From the IMG/VR virus record IMGVR_UViG_3300045391_005020: a stretch of DNA of 64,000 bases; one strand, given 5' to 3'. Positions 48,006 through 55,174 of this stretch are shown one piece after another; within the stretch, counting starts at the first letter, position 1; each line of letters opens with the position of its first letter. This DNA is from a virus. Lineage: Duplodnaviria > Caudoviricetes. A model generated the notes under the pieces. It was not told where the DNA came from. It did no database searches and saw only the letters and a program-made list of their open reading frames with translations. The translations under genes and the position numbers were made by a program.

Positions 48006-48110
48006 GGAGCGGTTGCTGGCTCGAGCACAGCGGCGGCGTGTTACCAATTACACTAACCGGAGCAACCCGGCCGGGCGTCGAACCCGATTTCCGCAAGAGG
48101 TGACCGCTCC
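48006..48110 (-). ncRNA. Circularly permuted tRNA-like RNA (Y RNA/YrlA-like)
   Basis: Terminal stem GGAGCGGT/ACCGCTCC encloses, in order, a T-arm (GGGTTCGACGCCC), a loop-closed acceptor-like stem and a D-arm (GTGT AATTGGTA ACAC). Confidence 0.55.
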
Positions 48111-48234
48111 ATGCCTGGTACGGGTTGAGCGCGATCTCGAGCAGCGCTGCAGCGTGGCTCGATGTTTCGCTCGGTCATTCTCGTCCTAAGGGGACGGGTG
48201 GCCCGTAGAGGATTTGATCCTCAGCGATCATGAA

Positions 48235-48311
48235 TGGAGGGAGAAGGCGGAATCGAACCGTCTTGCGAGCGCGCCCGCATCGAGCCCAGGTATCCCTGTT
48301 CGAATTCTCCC
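48235..48311 (-). ncRNA. tRNA-like RNA with acceptor stem, T-arm and CCA but no canonical D/anticodon arms
   Basis: GGGAGAA/TTCTCCC acceptor, GGTTCGATTCC T-arm and two non-standard hairpins. Confidence 0.55.
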
Positions 48312-48316
48312 ATGAA

Positions 48317-48405
48317 TGGCGGGGTGAGATGGGTTCTATACCACCGACCTCTCATTGGCCGACATTGCTGTCGGCGAATAAGTGCTCTCGCTGAGCTACC
48401 ACCCC
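48317..48405 (-). ncRNA. tRNA-like RNA whose anticodon loop is replaced by an extended GNRA-capped helix
   Basis: Normal acceptor, D and T arms and CCA. Anticodon arm reads CTTATT-C-GCCGACA-GCAA-TGTCGGC-C-AATGAG. Confidence 0.65.
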
Positions 48406-48470
48406 AAAGAGGATCCGTCGGTCACGAACACTGATGAGGTGCTCGATTCGGTCATCAGCCGACCGACGGC

Positions 48471-48813
48471 GTTAAGTTGTTTGAAGCGAGCTCGAGTGAG
48501 GGGTTACAATTCCCTGACTTATCTCCGCAATCACGTATTCGACCATCCTGCCTCATCCGTGCCCGAACGGCCGTTCGGGACACCGGGTCAACAGCAGGAG
48601 GAGGACTCTCACCTCCACACGCTCGCCTTCTAGTCGTTATATTTGGCTACCAAGCGTGGCTCTCGAGTTGCGCACCGATGAACACCCAATGCGTCTCGAT
48701 CGTCGTCTTGCGCTTTCGCGTTCTTTCGTACCTCTTTATGTTCTCAAGAGTGCCTTGGTCCCCGAAGGACGGGTTGGCTCGGCCACACGCGGGCGCGCTT
48801 CAATCAACTTAAC
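48471..48813 (-). ncRNA. ~340-nt structured ncRNA closed by a long terminal helix
   Basis: GTTAAGTTG-A-TTGAAGCG pairs with CGCTTCAA-A-CAACTTAAC. Internal hairpins include the T-arm-like GGAGGTGAGAGTCCTCC. No credible ORF. Confidence 0.55.
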
Positions 48814-48820
48814 AAACTGG

Positions 48821-48832
48821 ATTTCAAAGATC
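48821..48832 (-). promoter_or_regulatory. boxA-like antitermination element
   Basis: GATCTTTGAAAT directly upstream of the ncRNA helix, resembling rRNA leader boxA. Confidence 0.5.
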
Positions 48833-48884
48833 GAAGCACAGATAATCCGGTCCCGGCCATGATAGTCAAGGCCATTGTTATGAT

Positions 48885-48961
48885 TGGTTGCGAGTCTTGG
48901 AATTGCACCAAGCTACTTGGCTTATGAGACCAGGCAGGATCTATCTCCTGTCGAACTCGCA
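48885..48961 (-). tRNA. tRNA with CAT anticodon (Met or Ile2)
   Basis: CTGGT-CTCATAA-GCCAA, TGCGAGT/ACTCGCA acceptor, CCA. Confidence 0.75.
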
Positions 48962-48966
48962 TTGAA

Positions 48967-49042
48967 TGGTACGCGACGATGGATTCGAACCACCGGTCTT
49001 CTCGATGTCACCGAGTTGCTCTGGCCGCTGAGCTAGTCGCGT
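48967..49042 (-). tRNA. tRNA-Val(GAC)
   Basis: GTGACAT loop, canonical arms, CCA. Confidence 0.85.
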
Positions 49043-49047
49043 ATGAA

Positions 49048-49122
49048 TGGTGGTCAGCCAGGGACTCGAACCCTGATTCTCCGGGTGTAGGCCGGGCGTT
49101 CTTGCCGTTGAACTAGCCGACG
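49048..49122 (-). tRNA. tRNA-Val(TAC)
   Basis: CCTACAC loop (C33), TTCGAGT T-loop, CCA. Confidence 0.75.
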
Positions 49123-49127
49123 ATGAA

Positions 49128-49201
49128 TGGCACCCACTGATGGAATTGAACCACCGCCTGAACGTTCGTAGCGTCCCGGTCTTCCGTTAGCCTAAGCGGG
49201 C
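49128..49201 (-). tRNA. tRNA-Arg(ACG)
   Basis: GGACG-CTACGAA-CGTTC, CCA. Confidence 0.85.
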
Positions 49202-49224
49202 GTGTCCCTACCTGCGCAGGGAAA

Positions 49225-49299
49225 TGGTACTCGGTCAGGGTTCTGCCCCCTGTTCTCGCGGATGAAAGCCGCGGATCTTAGCTAGTGGACGAACCGAGC
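49225..49299 (-). tRNA. tRNA-Glu(TTC)
   Basis: CGCGG-CTTTCAT-CCGCG, CCA. Confidence 0.8.
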
Positions 49300-49304
49300 A
49301 TGAA

Positions 49305-49380
49305 TGGGCCAAGAGACCGGATTCGCACCGGCATCACGGGAGACACAATCCCGCATCCTCACTGTTGGACGACTCTAGGC
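49305..49380 (-). tRNA. tRNA-His(GTG)
   Basis: CGGGA-TTGTGTC-TCCCG, G-1:C73, CCA. Confidence 0.8.
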
Positions 49381-49385
49381 ATGAA

Positions 49386-49460
49386 TGGGTGACCCGCGAG
49401 GATTCGAACCTCGAGCAGCGAGATCCAAAGTCTCGCGTTCTACCATTGAACTACAGGTCA
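49386..49460 (-). tRNA. tRNA-Gln(TTG)
   Basis: CGAGA-CTTTGGA-TCTCG, U1-A72, CCA. Confidence 0.85.
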
Positions 49461-49470
49461 GTGAAAAAGG

Positions 49471-49611
49471 TCAGGCGCTCTTCCGGGTTAAGCTAGCAAG
49501 ACAAGGGCCTGGGCGCATGGCGTCGATCGCCGCTTCCGCGCTGTTCCGCGAGTGTCGTCGAGGCCTCGACGACTGCTCTTCTTGGACGGGATTCGAACCC
49601 GCATCTCCTGA
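49471..49611 (-). ncRNA. Second circularly permuted tRNA-like element with a large insert in the acceptor arm
   Basis: TCAGG AGAT GCGGG TTCGAAT CCCGT CCAAGA ...insert... TCTTGC TA GCTT AACCCGGAA GAGC G CCTGA. Confidence 0.5.
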
Positions 49612-49614
49612 GAG

Positions 49615-49689
49615 TGGTAGTCCTACTGTGTGCTGCCCACAGTTTGTCCGGCTGAGAACCGGGTGTACTAGCTGGTGTACGATAGGACC
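49615..49689 (-). tRNA. tRNA-Glu(CTC)
   Basis: CCCGG-TTCTCAG-CCGGA, T-loop GGCAGCA, CCA. Confidence 0.75.
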
Positions 49690-49784
49690 AAGAAAAAGGA
49701 GTCGGCCAGGTCAGCTGGCATTGATATCTGCGTAGGTCGGAATACCCGGCGCACCGGGGCGACATCGCATACGACTCCGAAGAT

Positions 49785-49860
49785 TGGCGGCGCCGACAGG
49801 ACTCGAACCTGTCGCCTTCCCGTTAGGACCGGGACGCTCTACCGGATGAGCTACGGCGCT
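49785..49860 (-). tRNA. tRNA-Arg(CCT)
   Basis: TCCCG-GTCCTAA-CGGGA, CCA. Confidence 0.85.
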
Positions 49861-49900
49861 CTGACCGCGCGCACGAAATGTGGCTCGCGCGCACGGAATG

Positions 49901-49974
49901 TGGCTGGACCGGAGGGATTCGAACCCTCACGCCCGCGTTTAGAAGGCGCGGCTCTGATCCGATCAGGCGGTCCC
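49901..49974 (-). tRNA. tRNA-Arg(TCT), atypical short D-loop
   Basis: CGCGC-CTTCTAA-ACGCG, canonical T-arm, D-stem CTGAT/ATCAG with a 3-nt loop. Confidence 0.55.
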
Positions 49975-49986
49975 GAAACTTGACAC

Positions 49987-50268
49987 ATGAGCCAGAATTC
50001 GTCTGCTCTGACCCGAAAGGATTTACTCATGCCCATGAGTCGAGCAGGACGGGCCGCGGTCGCGGCAGCAGCCAAGAAGCGTTGGAGGCTGATCAAGGCT
50101 GGAAAGATCCGGAAGCCGAAGGTCGGCCGCAAGGCCGGCGGACGCAACAGTGCAAAATTATCGATCAAGTCGTCCGGTCAGTCCGGGCTCAAAGAAACCG
50201 TGAAGGCGTTGAAACAGCTCGGGGCCGCGGCGGGATGCCGGGTCGAAGTGACGCTCGTCCCGAAGTAG
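49987..50268 (+). CDS. Small Lys/Arg-rich nucleic-acid-binding protein
   Basis: MSRAGRAAVAAAAKKRW motif, highly basic. Confidence 0.5.
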   Translation: MSQNSSALTRKDLLMPMSRAGRAAVAAAAKKRWRLIKAGKIRKPKVGRKAGGRNSAKLSIKSSGQSGLKETVKALKQLGAAAGCRVEVTLVPK

Positions 50269-50580
50269 TTACTTGGTCCAGTGAGGGGTGTTAAGCATCA
50301 TCGCATGCGCCTCGGTCTGGATATCGCTGAACTCGCGCTCACTCATTCCGGACTTGATGGCCTCGATCTGGAGTCTCGCCAACAGAGCGGCTGCGAGGCC
50401 TAGGCAGGTCTTGAGTGGACCGCGATGGAAGGTTCCGAATAGGGCCTCGTTGGTCCCGGTCGTCTCGTCTTGTTTGACCATCGAGATCACGCACGCGATT
50501 CCGCGGCTCTGGAGCTCCGAGATCAATTCGCGATCGGGTACGAGTTTCAGATTCATGACGGTTTTGTAGCCAGACCGCAA
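50269..50580 (-). CDS. Hypothetical protein, paralog of 23824-24219
   Basis: LISELQSRGIACVISMVKQDETTGT. Confidence 0.6.
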   Translation of the reverse strand: MRSGYKTVMNLKLVPDRELISELQSRGIACVISMVKQDETTGTNEALFGTFHRGPLKTCLGLAAALLARLQIEAIKSGMSEREFSDIQTEAHAMMLNTPHWTK

Positions 50581-50597
50581 TGCGATCCAGCCAGAAA

Positions 50598-50671
50598 TGG
50601 CAGCCAGGCAGGGAATCGAACCCCGATATCGTGGTTAACAGCCACGTGTAATACCGTTATACGACCCGACT
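50598..50671 (-). tRNA. tRNA-Asn(GTT)
   Basis: CGTGG-CTGTTAA-CCACG, G73, CCA. Confidence 0.85.
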
Positions 50672-50733
50672 AAATGTCGGCCGTCCTCGACCTCTGCCGA
50701 GGACGGCCCACAAGAATTGTTCCACAGTATAGA

Positions 50734-50748
50734 GTTTTCAAAGACAGC
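50734..50748 (-). promoter_or_regulatory. boxA-like antitermination element at the head of the tRNA operon
   Basis: GCTGTCTTTGAAAAC. Confidence 0.6.
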
Positions 50749-50759
50749 CTGAAACGCAT

Positions 50760-50786
50760 GAACCCCAGGCTTTTGGCCTGGGGTTC
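50760..50786 (-). terminator. Attenuator terminator hairpin
   Basis: GAACCCCAGGC-CAAAA-GCCTGGGGTTC perfect 11-bp stem with a weak U tail. Confidence 0.6.
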
Positions 50787-50813
50787 GGGAGAGTCAGCGC
50801 AGAAGATGCTGTG

Positions 50814-50948
50814 TTACTCTCGGACCCCCAGGATATCGCCATTACCGCGTTCAGTACCGACACAAATTCCCGTAGTCACGGCTTGCGGTTTGGCATGCCA
50901 TGTGGGCTTGGTCATCGCGGCTGGATTTCTGAGGGCTATAGAAAGCAT
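50814..50948 (-). CDS. Putative 44-aa attenuator leader peptide
   Basis: MLSIALRNPAAMTKPTWHAKPQAVTTGICVGTERGNGDILGVRE*. Its 3' end overlaps the antiterminator strand. Confidence 0.55.
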   Translation of the reverse strand: MLSIALRNPAAMTKPTWHAKPQAVTTGICVGTERGNGDILGVRE

Positions 50949-50977
50949 GATGTCCTGGCGTCCCAAGATAACGCCCA

Positions 50978-51235
50978 TCACTTGGAAGTCAAGCTAACGG
51001 GCGAGTTCTTCCAGACGCCGCGGATACTGGTGGCGATCCAGACAACCTGCAGTGCCACAATCGCCCACGCGCTGGTCTCCCAGCCATAGATGGCCAAGAA
51101 AATGTCGCTGACGATGAACCACACGAAGCCCCACATGCGGGTGCGGGAGACCTGGCTGGCGACCAACAGGGCGCCGAGCAAACCGGCCGCGGCAGCCGGC
51201 CACTGGCACAAGAGCGCGATGTCGTGCCAGGTCAC
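50978..51235 (-). CDS. Small three-helix membrane protein
   Basis: Hydrophobic segments and GFVWFIVSD motif. Confidence 0.55.
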   Translation of the reverse strand: MTWHDIALLCQWPAAAAGLLGALLVASQVSRTRMWGFVWFIVSDIFLAIYGWETSAWAIVALQVVWIATSIRGVWKNSPVSLTSK

Positions 51236-51516
51236 TTCTGGAGTCCTCGGCGGGCTTGTTCGATCAGGTACTGAACCATCCTCGGATCGAACGCGGCGAT
51301 AAATCTCCGGATCTCATTCGCTTCCGGTCTTGATGGGCTCACTTCACATACCGAACCGTCGTCCTCGCCATGATATTCATGGCGCTCCTCGAGGTACACG
51401 CGCTCTTGCTGATCCTGCGACTGCGCGAGACGCCAGTCGCGATCGTGCACTGCTGAACAGATGTTCTCCAGCCAATCGAGTTCTTGAGCCGACAACAAGT
51501 CTTCCATTGGAGATCC

Positions 51517-52641
51517 TTATTCGGAGACGCAGCTCGGATAGTCCGTCACTTCACCAGGCAGATACGTCCCGGTGTAGCCTGGGTAATTCCACGCTGCGTA
51601 GTATGACATCGTGTAGGCATCGAGCGTCAGACTCTTGGTCGTGGTGACCGTTGGGTACGTGACCGACCAATCCGTCACCGTGACCGCGAGCAACCACGGC
51701 CCCGATGGTATGCTCGCCGCATCGAGGAAGTAGTTCGAGGGCAAGCCCGTCGCGTGTGTATTCTGGTACGCGGTCACGCCGCTAACGGTTACCAGACTGG
51801 TTCCCGAGAACGGGATCGCGGTGATGGTGTTCGCCGATCCAGTGGTCAGAACAGTAACGTTTGGCGATGCGTTGATAGCACCCGGGAACGTGAGCATCAC
51901 CAGCGAGAGTTTGTAGCTGACGATAAATCGGGCGGTCGTGCCGCCGCTTGATGTCGCCCAGATGACGGAACGAAGGGTCGTCGGCAGCTTCACCAGATAT
52001 CCTGGATGCTGACCGCCTGGCAGCGTCGTGTACGAGCTAAGACCGCGACCACCAAGGTAACTGTCGTTCGCAAAGCCGCTCGATGATAGACCGGTAGCAG
52101 CGGCGAGCTGACGCGTGATGAAGTTGTCGCCGAAGTCATGGACCGCCATGAGCATCAGGTTGTTTCTGGTGATCGAGGTCCTGCCGGAAGACGGAGCGAA
52201 GTTCTGGGTGTTGCCGTATGCGATGCCGTCGCCCCACTGACCGTAGAGCTCGTTGGTGACGTAGTCGGACGGTGCAAGCACTGTCGACGTGTTGGTATGG
52301 AAGATGCTCGAACAACTGCGCACGTCGTATGCGCCGGCACCAGACGCGACCCAGCGAGACATGACATTGTTGTCATCAGCCGGCGTTCCGAATCCGCACG
52401 CGTTTGGCGGGTTGATGCCGGTAGCCGTCATGTTGTCGATCGCGCACACGCTGGCCGCGTTGGTGACCAACCGCAGTATGTTCCCTACCGCGTCCGCGAA
52501 TGTCGACGTTGGGGTCTGGCCCGCTGCGCTGAAGTTCAGCAGGTAGTTCGCGCGCTGCGAAATTCTCGGAAGCTTCCCGATGAAGTTCGTCGGCGAAGTC
52601 CCCGGGATCTTGATGTATTCGCCAGCATGATCGGTCGGCAT
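51517..52641 (-). CDS. Thr/Ser-rich putative virion protein
   Basis: 374 aa beta-rich ORF. Confidence 0.5.
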   Translation of the reverse strand: MPTDHAGEYIKIPGTSPTNFIGKLPRISQRANYLLNFSAAGQTPTSTFADAVGNILRLVTNAASVCAIDNMTATGINPPNACGFGTPADDNNVMSRWVASGAGAYDVRSCSSIFHTNTSTVLAPSDYVTNELYGQWGDGIAYGNTQNFAPSSGRTSITRNNLMLMAVHDFGDNFITRQLAAATGLSSSGFANDSYLGGRGLSSYTTLPGGQHPGYLVKLPTTLRSVIWATSSGGTTARFIVSYKLSLVMLTFPGAINASPNVTVLTTGSANTITAIPFSGTSLVTVSGVTAYQNTHATGLPSNYFLDAASIPSGPWLLAVTVTDWSVTYPTVTTTKSLTLDAYTMSYYAAWNYPGYTGTYLPGEVTDYPSCVSE

Positions 52642-52644
52642 GGT

Positions 52645-53403
52645 TTACGACAGCCAGACGGGCGTCTGCATGAAGAATTCTGAACCGACCTGGTAGACCA
52701 CGACCCATGTCCCAGAAGGAATGGTTTCCGATCCACTAATCTGCAGCTGCTTCACTGAAACAGTCCTGGTCGACGCGCTAGTCGAACCGTTCTCGAACAG
52801 GTTGACGTTGTAGGTGTTGCCAGAACCGGAACTGATCTGGCCAGGAACAGTGAACCCGCTGTTGGCTGGAGGCGATACGACCCACGCGTATTGCTGAGGG
52901 CCGCCGCTAATGCGGCAGCGCGTAGTCAGCACTACGGGCGTGTCGATCGCGAGCGTCGAGACGCCGGCGCTCACGTTCGGGAACACGCCCAGCTTGCCGG
53001 TCGCAGAGCCAGATATGGGCGCATAGATGTCGAGACTAGCGTAGCCTCCGCGAGCGACCGGAGTCGTCAGGGCTCCCCACGTTCCCTTCGAGACGCCGTT
53101 GAGGATCGGCTGCACCACCGCGGTCAGGCATGTCTGCCCGGAGTCCGTGTCGCGCCGGACGATGACCTTCCGCTTGCTGGATTGATCCGAGCCTGACGTG
53201 GTGTCGTAGCACAGCAGCTTGGCCGCGTACGCCGGACACGGCACATCGTTCGGGAGCAGGAGCTTCACCTTCAGGACCGAATTGGCACCCGCGAGGTCGT
53301 CGACTTGGACGCTGGCGAGACAGCCAGGATCACCCGTGTTGGTGTCCGATGAATCGGTCTCGAAGTGGCCCGTCAGGAGCCCGCGGAAGAGAGTTTGGCC
53401 CAT
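52645..53403 (-). CDS. Putative virion protein
   Basis: 252 aa with a C-terminal beta-rich domain ending MQTPVWLS. Confidence 0.5.
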   Translation of the reverse strand: MGQTLFRGLLTGHFETDSSDTNTGDPGCLASVQVDDLAGANSVLKVKLLLPNDVPCPAYAAKLLCYDTTSGSDQSSKRKVIVRRDTDSGQTCLTAVVQPILNGVSKGTWGALTTPVARGGYASLDIYAPISGSATGKLGVFPNVSAGVSTLAIDTPVVLTTRCRISGGPQQYAWVVSPPANSGFTVPGQISSGSGNTYNVNLFENGSTSASTRTVSVKQLQISGSETIPSGTWVVVYQVGSEFFMQTPVWLS

Positions 53404-55174
53404 GGTGTTAAATTACCTAGCCGAACTCGCCCAGATAGCCCCGGATCATCTGGAAGTTGTCGATTTCGTATTCGGTGAACTCGTCCGTGATGGCGTCGTA
53501 ACCCAGCGCCATGTCCCGCTCTCCATCCAGGCTGAAGATCAGGGTGATGTCCCGGGCGCCACGCTGGAACTTCACGTACATGGCCTCGTCGTCCTCGAAC
53601 CAGACATGGTTCGGCCGCATCTGGACCTGGTTCATCATCGCTTCGGCGTGACCGAACAGCTGGCCGTAAAACGGGTACTGAGCGTACAGACCTTCGAAGG
53701 TGTCCCGAATGTCGTCGGGGTGCATCTGGGGCCAGTGATCGTCGTACTCGTTCACGACTGGTCCTCGTCGTCGGCCGCGTCGGCCAAGCCTTGGTCGGCC
53801 TGCCACTTCTGGTCCTCGGACATGAAGCTGCGGTGGTACTCGACGATGTCCTTGAGGCGTTCGACCGCAGCGTGGAGCTCGGCCACGTAGGACATGAACT
53901 CTTCCGGCGTCTTGCAGTCGTACCGCTTCGCCAGGTTGCGCCACTTCTCTCGAGCGACCCACAGGGCCTCGCGGGCGGTGAACTCTTCGACCAGGAGGTC
54001 GAACACGTCTTTCTGACCGGCGGTCCCGGCCTGTCCGCACAAGTCCTTGGCGCGCTCCCAGAGGGCGGAGCATCGCCGGCACGGACGCGACTCCAGCGGG
54101 GAGCCGGTCACGGTCGGGATCTTGCCGGTGCCCTTACATTCCGGGCACAGCGGATCGATCGGTTCCCAACTCACCAAACGCCGCCTTGCCGCTCTTCCGC
54201 GACGGGGCCGTACTGGATGATGGTCGGGCTATACATGAGGTACAGGTCAGAACCATTCTCGGAGTTGGTCTTCTCGACCGCGTCAGCCAACGCGTCGTCG
54301 CGGGATTCTCCGAATCCCAGGACAGTTCCGTCGCAGGCTTCACAGATAAAGATGCGCTTCTCAAGATTCATCGTCGTCTCCGTCTTGATCGAAGGTGGGA
54401 TAGATGTCGTAGGGGCCCGGAGTCTGATCGCGTTCCTCGATGTCGACCTGGATCGGGAACTGCTGGATCGCCAGCTGCTGTTCGGCTGCTTCGCAGAGTT
54501 GGTCGATCGTGCTGTCCAGCTGAACCCCGACCATCTGATGGAGTCCACCCATGCGACCCGTCACCCAGACGGCTGCGGTTGGGAACATGGTTTTGCACCC
54601 AAGCGCAACGGTCGCGGCTTCGTGGAAACTGGAATCGAACCCCTGATCGATCGTGATCAGCATCGTGGCTACTTCGTGATCTCAGTGATCGCCGTACCTT
54701 CGCCGGAGTTGTTGACGACAAGCCAGCGACGACCGGTCGCGTTCTCGGTAAGCTCGAACACGTAGGTGAATCCGACGCCCGGATGTCCGGTAGCAACCAA
54801 CTCCAGCGTGAAGCCAGTCTGGTCGCCCAGAGTCGGACGGTTCTTCACCCGGACGACTTTCATCTGGAACTCACCGCGACCCATCATGAACAGGTACACG
54901 GTCCCGTCCGGCATCGTGCAGGTGAAGCTCGGGAGCGGGATCATCCTGTCAGCGGGAGTGCCGGCCTTGATCTCAGTATTGGTGAATTGGGCCTGCGCTT
55001 CTTTGGCGATCTCGGCGCATACTTCTTCAGTATGGGTGTTGAGGCCCTGAGCATCGGCGTTGGCCACGAGCTTTCCGATTACGTCACCGACTTCGTCGGG
55101 ACCTTTGGGATCGTGGGGTTTGTCGGCCCCGAAACAGAAACAGGAGAACAGAGCCAGCAGTGCGAGAAAACGCA

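Noticed and set aside
48006-48813. tmRNA (one- or two-piece) or RNase P RNA
   Set aside because: I found no G3:U70 Ala acceptor with a tag ORF and no RNase P P4 consensus.
49866-49905. CRISPR-like repeat (cgcgcgcacg.aatgtggct twice)
   Set aside because: Only two adjacent 20-bp copies, with no spacer and no cas genes. It is a local duplication at a tRNA 3' end.
49901-49974. Pyrrolysine or second amber-suppressor tRNA (TTCTAAA present, short D-loop)
   Set aside because: The best stem register gives loop CTTCTAA (TCT, Arg). A CTA reading needs a 9-nt loop, and no pyl genes are seen.
39459-50728. Transposon with 17-bp terminal inverted repeats
   Set aside because: There is no DDE transposase or target-site duplication, and the positions match the transcript leader and trailer instead.
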